A DNA stretch of 64,000 nucleotides from Bacteroidota bacterium. GTDB taxonomy: Bacteria > Bacteroidota > Bacteroidia > Flavobacteriales > Flavobacteriaceae. The notes beneath the pieces are model-generated. The model was given only the letters and a program-made list of their open reading frames with translations, ran no database searches and had not been told where the DNA came from. How positions within the stretch are numbered: the first letter of the stretch is position 1; every line of letters starts with the position of its first letter. Positions 58,658 to 64,000 of the stretch are shown here, in pieces. Made by a program: the position numbers and the translations under genes. The stretch lies in the NCBI GenBank assembly GCA_038147335.1, contig JAYQTK010000006.1, positions 126,625-190,624 on the forward strand, given 5' to 3'.

Positions 58658-58970
58658 AAAGTTGGGACTCAGAGTTCCTAAAGATTATTTTAAAAGATCA
58701 AAAGAAGAAATTTTAGGTAAAATTAATCCTAAAGAGAAACAGCCAACTGAAAATTATAACTTCAGCTATTATTATCTATCAATAGCTGCTATATTCATTG
58801 GAACATTGATTTTTTATAATTTTCCATTAAACAATGAAAATTTAACAGAATTTGATTCAAACTCACCAATAATATCTACACTAATTTCAGGTGAAGAAAT
58901 TACTGATGAATACATAATTGAGTTTTATTCAGAATCTTTAGTTTTAAATGAAATTTATTTTGGTAATTAA
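58641..58970 (+). CDS. putative anti-sigma factor (short, single-pass membrane protein)
   Basis: 109 aa, overlapping the sigma gene by 17 nt, with one TM helix (YYYLSIAAIFIGTLIFYNF). The anti-sigma role is inferred from position only; no zinc anti-sigma motif is present. Confidence 0.5.
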   Translation: MNHHYKKLGLRVPKDYFKRSKEEILGKINPKEKQPTENYNFSYYYLSIAAIFIGTLIFYNFPLNNENLTEFDSNSPIISTLISGEEITDEYIIEFYSESLVLNEIYFGN

Positions 58971-59001
58971 ACTATTTAGAAATTTTTGTTTCAAAGTGAA
59001 T

Positions 59002-59418
59002 ATGAAAAGTTTAAATAATATCTTATTAATATTTTTAGTAACTATTTTGACTATTAACTTATCCTATAGTCAAGAAAAAAGAAAGCATTCTCATAAATAC
59101 TCCCAAGAGTTAATTGAGACCTTATCAAGTTATCAGAAAGAATTAATTGAGAAAGAGAGAAAGTATCTTAACAAACAAAGAGATGCTATAAGAAAAACTT
59201 TTTCAATAGAGCAGAAAGAGATGATTGCTGATAGCTCACTAACAAATAGTCAAAAAAGAAATAAAATCATTGCATCGTTTTCTTCAGATCAAAAAGAACT
59301 TATTGAAAAGTATGATAAAAGGATTGATACAATTAGAAAAAAGTTTTTCAATTCTCTTAGTGAAACTCAGAAATCATTAATCAAGAAAAAAAGAAAGAAG
59401 TCAAAGAAAAATGATTAG
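59002..59418 (+). CDS. secreted Lys-rich protein with about five (L/F)SxxQKxxI repeats (LTXXQ/Spy-CpxP-like)
   Basis: I chose ATG 59002, giving the signal peptide MKSLNNILLIFLVTILTINLSYSQ. Repeats: SSYQKELI, SIEQKEMI, TNSQKRNKI, SSDQKELI, SETQKSLI. Confidence 0.65.
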   Translation: MKSLNNILLIFLVTILTINLSYSQEKRKHSHKYSQELIETLSSYQKELIEKERKYLNKQRDAIRKTFSIEQKEMIADSSLTNSQKRNKIIASFSSDQKELIEKYDKRIDTIRKKFFNSLSETQKSLIKKKRKKSKKND

Positions 59419-59465
59419 ACTTTTTTTTTAACAAAACGTTGGGTTTACGATCAACCTTATTAAAA

Positions 59466-59473
59466 TATATTTG
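59466..59473 (+). promoter_or_regulatory. -7 box TATATTTG upstream of the outer-membrane barrel gene
   Basis: TAnnTTTG match 22 nt upstream of ATG 59495. Confidence 0.4.
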
Positions 59474-59494
59474 CCACACCAAACAAAAAACTTT

Positions 59495-61999
59495 ATGAAA
59501 AATTTATTCAGATTATTTCTAATCTTATATAGCACATCTTTATTTTCACAGCAAACTGGAGGTGCTAATTACCAGCAATATCAAAATATGCGATTTAATG
59601 TTTCCGGATCAGTTGTTGATTCTGAAACTGATGAAGTCCTTGAATATGCTACAATTACCCTAAAAAATAAAAGAAATACTGAAAATGTCTTTGGAGGTAT
59701 AACAGGAGAAGATGGTAAATTTTCTGTTGAGGTATCACCAGGTATGTATGAGATTAGTATTGATTATATTTCATTTGAGTCCTATACTAACGATAACCTA
59801 TTGGTTAGAGGAGATACTGATTTAGGAACTATTTCTTTAAATCTAGATGTATCAGTTCTAGAAGAAGTTGAGGTTAGAGCTGAGAGAACTCAGGTTGAAG
59901 TTAGATTAGACAAGAAAATATACAATGTTGGACAAGATATTACTGTTAGAGGAGGAAATGTATCTGATGTTTTAGCTAACATACCATCGATTGATGTTGA
60001 CTTTGATGGTAATATTTCATTAAGAGGAAATAATAATGTAAGAATTTTAATTAATGGTAAGCCATCAGGTCTAGTTGGACTATCAGGACCACAAGGGCTA
60101 AGGTCAATTCCTTCAGAGTCTATTGAAAAAGTCGAGGTTGTTACATCTCCGTCTGCTAGATATTCAGCTGAAGGTACTGCTGGTATTTTAAATATTATTT
60201 TAAAAAAACAAGATTTACTTGGATTTAACGGTAATGTTAATGGAAGTATTGGTTCCCCAAAGAATAGTAGTGGATCTGGTACATTTAACCTTAGGAATGA
60301 TAAGTTAAATATATTCAATACTACTACATATAAGGACTCTGACAATAACGGTAACTTTTTCTCAGAAACAGAATACTTTAGAAATAATCTTGAAATCGAA
60401 AGCTCAAACAAAAGTACTCGAAATGAAAAAAACATTTTTTTAAATCTTGGTTTAGAATATTATTTTGATGATAAGACTTCACTAACATTAAGTGGTTTTT
60501 ATAGAAAAGGAGATGAACTTAGTAACTCAAGGAACATTGTAAATGATATAACCAATGGTATTATATCTGCTACTAATGAAAGACTTGCCAATGATGAAGA
60601 ACTTGAAGAGTCGTTTGAATATGCACTTGATTTTTATAAAGACTTTGATAAGGATGGTCATACTCTTAGTGCAAGAATATCTTATGAAGAATCTGATGAA
60701 AATTCAATTGATAATATAGAAGATTTTTCAACACTTCCTTTTGTATCTGAATCTGAATTTGAAAGAACAACAAATATAGATTTTCAAAATAGACTTCTTG
60801 CCCAAATAGATTACGTTTATCCAATTGATGAAAACACAGAAATAGAATTTGGATATAGAGGAAGATTCTTAGAGAGGGAAACTGACTTTGATGTTTCATT
60901 CTTGCAAGGAACCTCATATATATCAGATAGTGGATTATCAAATGTATTTAACTACACAGAAAATATTAATTCTCTATACGGTCAGTTTGGTAAAAAGTTT
61001 AATAAATTTTCTGCTTTACTAGGATTAAGATTTGAAGATTCTAAGCAAGAAATTAATCAAAAAACTACTGGTCAGTTTGAAATAAAGAAGTATTCAGACT
61101 TATTTCCAACTTTAAATTTAGCTTATGAAATTTCTGATCTAGAGTCACTAACACTAGGTTATAGTAAAAGAATTAGAAGGCCAAGAGGATGGGATATTAA
61201 CCCTTTTCCAAGAAGAAACTCTATTACATCCTATAGAAGAGGAAATCCATTCTTAGATCCTACATTTTCATCTGCTTATGAAATTGACTATTTAAAAAGA
61301 TTCAAAAAAATAACAATTAATACATCCCTGTTCTTCAGGCAATCTGATGGTAATGTTGAGAGAATTCAGCAAGAAACTGGTCAACTTGTTGACTTGATAG
61401 TTGATTCAAGTAATGATAATCCTGTATTACAAGTTCCTGTTCTCGAGTATTATCCAATTAACTTGTCAACAAATAAAAGAATTGGATCTGAACTGAGTAT
61501 TACCTATACTCCGTCAAGATCAGTTAGACTTAACGGGAGTTTTACACTTAATTCTACAAAGATTAGAGGTAGTTATGAAAATCAAAACTTTGATTCAGAT
61601 GACACAAATTGGAGCGCTAGATTTAATGGATTTATTAGGCTTCCAAAAGATTATAGTATTCAATTCTTTGGATTTTTAAGAGGTCCAAGTGAAACTGCTT
61701 TTTCTAAAAGAAAGTCTTTTGGATTTACAACAGCAGCAATTCAAAAAAATATTCTTGACAGAAAAGGTAACATATCACTTAGATATTCTGATTTATTTAA
61801 TACTGGTAGATGGAGATCTACTACAACTAGAGAAACTTTTAGGTCAGAATCTGAAGGGCAATGGAGAGAGCCTACTCTAATCCTTACATTTTCATATATA
61901 ATTAGTGAAGATAAGAACAATAGGAGAAAAAGAAGAAATCAAAGAGATCAACAGGATTACAGTGAAGGGGGTGATGATGGACCTATATTTAACAACTAG
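59495..61999 (+). CDS. TonB-dependent-receptor-like outer membrane beta-barrel protein (CarboxypepD_reg domain + plug + OMP_b-brl_3-type barrel)
   Basis: I chose ATG 59495, giving the signal peptide MKNLFRLFLILYSTSLFSQQ. There is an N-terminal CarboxypepD_reg-like fold (VSGSVVDSETDEVLEYATITL...GEDGKFSVEV), a plug-like region (VSDVLANIPSIDVDFDGNISLRGNNNVRILINGKPS) and a long alternating beta-strand barrel. Confidence 0.88.
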   Translation: MKNLFRLFLILYSTSLFSQQTGGANYQQYQNMRFNVSGSVVDSETDEVLEYATITLKNKRNTENVFGGITGEDGKFSVEVSPGMYEISIDYISFESYTNDNLLVRGDTDLGTISLNLDVSVLEEVEVRAERTQVEVRLDKKIYNVGQDITVRGGNVSDVLANIPSIDVDFDGNISLRGNNNVRILINGKPSGLVGLSGPQGLRSIPSESIEKVEVVTSPSARYSAEGTAGILNIILKKQDLLGFNGNVNGSIGSPKNSSGSGTFNLRNDKLNIFNTTTYKDSDNNGNFFSETEYFRNNLEIESSNKSTRNEKNIFLNLGLEYYFDDKTSLTLSGFYRKGDELSNSRNIVNDITNGIISATNERLANDEELEESFEYALDFYKDFDKDGHTLSARISYEESDENSIDNIEDFSTLPFVSESEFERTTNIDFQNRLLAQIDYVYPIDENTEIEFGYRGRFLERETDFDVSFLQGTSYISDSGLSNVFNYTENINSLYGQFGKKFNKFSALLGLRFEDSKQEINQKTTGQFEIKKYSDLFPTLNLAYEISDLESLTLGYSKRIRRPRGWDINPFPRRNSITSYRRGNPFLDPTFSSAYEIDYLKRFKKITINTSLFFRQSDGNVERIQQETGQLVDLIVDSSNDNPVLQVPVLEYYPINLSTNKRIGSELSITYTPSRSVRLNGSFTLNSTKIRGSYENQNFDSDDTNWSARFNGFIRLPKDYSIQFFGFLRGPSETAFSKRKSFGFTTAAIQKNILDRKGNISLRYSDLFNTGRWRSTTTRETFRSESEGQWREPTLILTFSYIISEDKNNRRKRRNQRDQQDYSEGGDDGPIFNN

Positions 62000-62154
62000 G
62001 ATTTTAATTTCTTAGATATAAAATCTTTTATCTTTTGGAATACATATGATGAAGCCCAATATGGTGCTACTATCGCTAAAAAAATCATGAGCCAAAAGCC
62101 CATTGTGAATATTGCTAAAAAAGCTAAAAAACCGAGGTATTGTTGAAACTCCAT
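61996..62154 (-). CDS. candidate small membrane protein (52 aa), below the ORF-track size cut-off
   Basis: The minus-strand ATG at 62154 gives MEFQQYLGFLAFLAIFTMGFWLMIFLAIVAPYWASSYVFQKIKDFISKKLKS. It has one or two hydrophobic helices and fills the OMP-fumC gap. Its stop codon overlaps the OMP stop. Confidence 0.3.
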   Translation of the reverse strand: MEFQQYLGFLAFLAIFTMGFWLMIFLAIVAPYWASSYVFQKIKDFISKKLKS

Positions 62155-62161
62155 ATATTTG
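62154..62161 (+). promoter_or_regulatory. -7 box TATATTTG upstream of fumC
   Basis: TAnnTTTG match 48 nt upstream of the fumC ATG. Confidence 0.35.
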
Positions 62162-62208
62162 TAAATGCTAAACAAAAGTAATTTTTTTTAAGTAAATTAC
62201 AAAGGATC

Positions 62209-63606
62209 ATGGACTACAGAATAGAAAAAGATACACTTGGAGAGGTAAAGGTTCCTAAAGACTCGCTTTGGGGTGCTCAAACCGAGAGATCAAAAAAAAA
62301 CTTCAAAATTGGTAACCCATCCTCAATGCCAATTGAGATAATTCACGCTTATGCTATTTTAAAAAAATCAGCTGCAGCTGCTAACCATGAATTGGGAGTC
62401 TTGTCAAAAGAAAAATCTGAACTTATCCAAGCAGTATGTGATGAAATTATTTCTAATAAACATAATGAACAATTTCCTTTAGTTATTTGGCAGACAGGCT
62501 CTGGAACTCAAACTAATATGAATGTAAATGAAGTAATTTCAAACAGAGCTCATATAATTGAAGGAAAAAAACTTGGAGAATCAGAAAAAACTCTATCACC
62601 TAATGATGATGTTAATCTTTCACAATCGTCAAACGATAGTTTTCCTACAGCAATAAACATTGCTGCTATGAAGATAATTACAGATAATACATTAGTTAAT
62701 CTAAAAATATTAAGAGATAGTCTAAATAAAAAGTCAAAGGAGTTTAACAAAATTGTCAAAATTGGAAGAACTCACCTTATGGACGCTACTCCTATTACTC
62801 TTGGCCAAGAGTTCTCAGGTTATGTAGCTCAAATTGATAATGGAATTAAATCTATTAAAAATGCAATGGATCACTTATCAGAGTTACCGATTGGAGGAAC
62901 TGCTGTTGGGACTGAGCTAAACACTCCTAAGGGTTATTCAAAAAAAGTTGTTGAAAATATTTCAAAAAACTCAGGTCTTAAATTTAAAGAATCCCCCAAT
63001 AAATTTGAAGGTATTGCATCTCATGATTGTATTGTAGAGATGCACGGTGCAATCAAGACAGCCGCTACCTCAATATATAAAATATCAAATGATATAAGGC
63101 TGATGGGATCTGGACCAAGATCTGGATTAGGTGAACTAATATTACCTGCTAATGAGCCTGGAAGTTCTATAATGCCAGGAAAAGTTAATCCAACACAATG
63201 TGAAGCAATTTCAATGGTTTGTGCCCAAATAATAGGTAATGACATGGCTGTGAGTTTTGCAGGGGCTAATGGTCACTTTGAGTTAAATGTTTTTAAGCCT
63301 TTATTCGCATACAATATTATAGAGTCATCAAAAATACTAGGAGATGCATGTTTGAGTTTCTCAAAAAACTGTATTGAAGGTCTAAAACCAAATAAAAAGA
63401 AAATAGAAAGATTCTTAAAAGATTCTCTAATGCTTGTAACTGCTTTAAACTCAAAAATTGGATACTACAAAGCAGCAGAAATAGCTAATAAAGCTTATAA
63501 AGAAGATATTACGCTTAAAGAAGCTTGTATTCAACTAAATTATTTATCAGAAAAAGAGTTTGACAAATATGTCAATCCTGAAAGAATGACAAACAATGAA
63601 GGTTGA
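62209..63606 (+). CDS. fumC: class II fumarate hydratase
   Basis: 465 aa. [17 protein letters not shown]-terminus and the [16 protein letters not shown] signature. Confidence 0.97.
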   Translation: MDYRIEKDTLGEVKVPKDSLWGAQTERSKKNFKIGNPSSMPIEIIHAYAILKKSAAAANHELGVLSKEKSELIQAVCDEIISNKHNEQFPLVIWQTGSGTQTNMNVNEVISNRAHIIEGKKLGESEKTLSPNDDVNLSQSSNDSFPTAINIAAMKIITDNTLVNLKILRDSLNKKSKEFNKIVKIGRTHLMDATPITLGQEFSGYVAQIDNGIKSIKNAMDHLSELPIGGTAVGTELNTPKGYSKKVVENISKNSGLKFKESPNKFEGIASHDCIVEMHGAIKTAATSIYKISNDIRLMGSGPRSGLGELILPANEPGSSIMPGKVNPTQCEAISMVCAQIIGNDMAVSFAGANGHFELNVFKPLFAYNIIESSKILGDACLSFSKNCIEGLKPNKKKIERFLKDSLMLVTALNSKIGYYKAAEIANKAYKEDITLKEACIQLNYLSEKEFDKYVNPERMTNNEG

Positions 63607-64000
63607 AATAGTATCTTACTCAGATAAATATTCTAAATACTTCTATGATCTAAATCACGATTGGTTAAGTGAATTTTTTTATGTTGAGGAATACGATGAA
63701 AAGGTACTCAAAAACTGTAAAGAAGAAATAATTGATAAGGGTGGATACATTTTTTTTGCTCTTTATGATACTGAAGTTGTTGGAACTATGGCGCTAATTC
63801 CCAGAGAAAAAAGTGTATATGAATTAAATAAAATGGCTGTAAAAAAAGATTTAAGAGGAAATGGAATAGGTCATCAATTAATACAATTTATAATTGATTA
63901 TTCTGTAAAGAATAATTTTGAATCAGTAATACTTTATTCCAACACAGTTTTAAAAAATTCAATTCACCTTTATAATAAATTTGGATTTAAAGAAATAGAT
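63596..64000 (+). CDS. GNAT family N-acetyltransferase (partial, runs off the window end)
   Basis: ATG 63596 overlaps the fumC 3' end by 11 nt. The open frame continues to the window edge and contains the acetyl-CoA motif [11 protein letters not shown]. It is not in the ORF track because no stop is reached. Confidence 0.8.
   Translation, partial: MKVEIVSYSDKYSKYFYDLNHDWLSEFFYVEEYDEKVLKNCKEEIIDKGGYIFFALYDTEVVGTMALIPREKSVYELNKMAVKKDLRGNGIGHQLIQFIIDYSVKNNFESVILYSNTVLKNSIHLYNKFGFKEID

Noticed and set aside
61900-61999. The charged C-terminal tail of the outer-membrane barrel (NNRRKRRNQRDQQDYSEGGDDGPIFNN) as a separate domain or sorting signal (for example a T9SS C-terminal domain).
   Set aside because: It is only ~30 residues and low-complexity, far shorter than a T9SS C-terminal domain. 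Similar basic and acidic tails follow the last beta-strand in this barrel family as far as I recall, and nothing in the sequence supports a distinct function.
6279-63245. About 40 ORFs of 60-180 aa in the track that lie antisense to, or out of frame within, long conserved genes. Examples: 6279..6524, 8986..9402, 13746..13955, 14272..14478, 14753..15031, 16061..16270, 18121..18318, 18610..18969, 19592..19903, 23320..23562, 25971..26237, the seven inside lon, 31461..31646, 31853..32098, 33896..34225, 38054..38296, 39283..39528, 43970..44203, 44783..45043, 44907..45101, 46054..46242, 49186..49398, 52799..53026, 54965..55174, 57652..57879, 59890..60435, 60666..60941, 61689..61880, 62550..62759, 63021..63245.
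   Set aside because: Each is fully embedded in a gene with unmistakable conserved motifs on the other strand or frame. Their sequences are low-complexity (S/L/F/I/K-rich), as expected from reading AT-rich coding DNA out of frame, and I recognised no domain motif in any of them.
1-64000. An alternative genetic code (TGA read as Trp, as in some low-GC endosymbiotic Bacteroidota or Mollicutes).
   Set aside because: TGA is used as a genuine stop at conserved C-termini (clpC 6146-6148, fumC 63604-63606). No conserved protein requires read-through of an in-frame TGA. Standard code 11 fits all genes.
1-64000. CRISPR arrays, tRNA/rRNA/tmRNA genes, IS elements, integrated phage, and defence or toxin-antitoxin modules.
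   Set aside because: By eye there are no direct-repeat/spacer arrays and no tRNA T-arm (GGTTCGAATCC-like) sequences in the non-coding gaps. The only recombinase is the housekeeping XerD-type gene. Every substantial ORF has a housekeeping assignment or is a small membrane protein. I could not run an exhaustive repeat search by hand, so long dispersed repeats cannot be formally excluded.

Overview
This is an AT-rich (roughly 30% GC by eye), very gene-dense stretch of core chromosome. Outside the first 918 bp it is about 95-97% coding, with many 1-26 nt gene overlaps. It is probably from a Bacteroidota genome, likely a streamlined Flavobacteriia-type one. Taxon evidence: a long-form rpoZ, a BamD lipoprotein, a CarboxypepD_reg/plug outer-membrane barrel, and a DUF3822-like gene paired with rsmD. 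TAnnTTTG '-7' promoter boxes lie upstream of at least a dozen transcription units, and there are no obvious Shine-Dalgarno sequences.

The content is housekeeping: gyrA, clpC, thrA-thrB-thrC, pepP, gcvT, yebC-like, kdsB, rsmD, rnpB (RNase P RNA, missing from the ORF track), dnaX, ppx-ppk plus a SixA-like gene, pdxH, pyrB-pyrR, rpsA, cmk, lon, msrB, lpdA, aroQ, xerD, a two-component pair, coaE, fabI, recN, coaBC, rpoZ, bamD, ligA, prmC, ribD, dnaA, mltG, htrA, trmD-rplS, icd, murQ, thrS-infC-rpmI-rplT (infC missing from the ORF track because it has a non-AUG start), an ECF-sigma envelope cluster, and fumC.

I see no CRISPR array, transposase, phage genes, toxin-antitoxin, restriction-modification or recognisable defence genes. 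I therefore cannot support the presence of a novel multi-gene 'system' here.

The observations most worth a second look:
- a miniaturised ~282-nt RNase P RNA that overlaps the rsmD stop codon
- an A11 slippery tract in dnaX at the position where gamma/tau splitting occurs in other bacteria
- three single-nucleotide reading-frame breaks in conserved genes (thrC, pepP, bamD start)
- an apparently leaderless rpsA
- a translationally coupled SixA-like/ppk1/ppx module
- an ECF sigma / short anti-sigma / SxxQK-repeat protein / outer-membrane barrel cluster
- an anomalous 918-bp stretch without credible coding potential
- a gene-orientation switch around dnaA suggesting proximity to oriC
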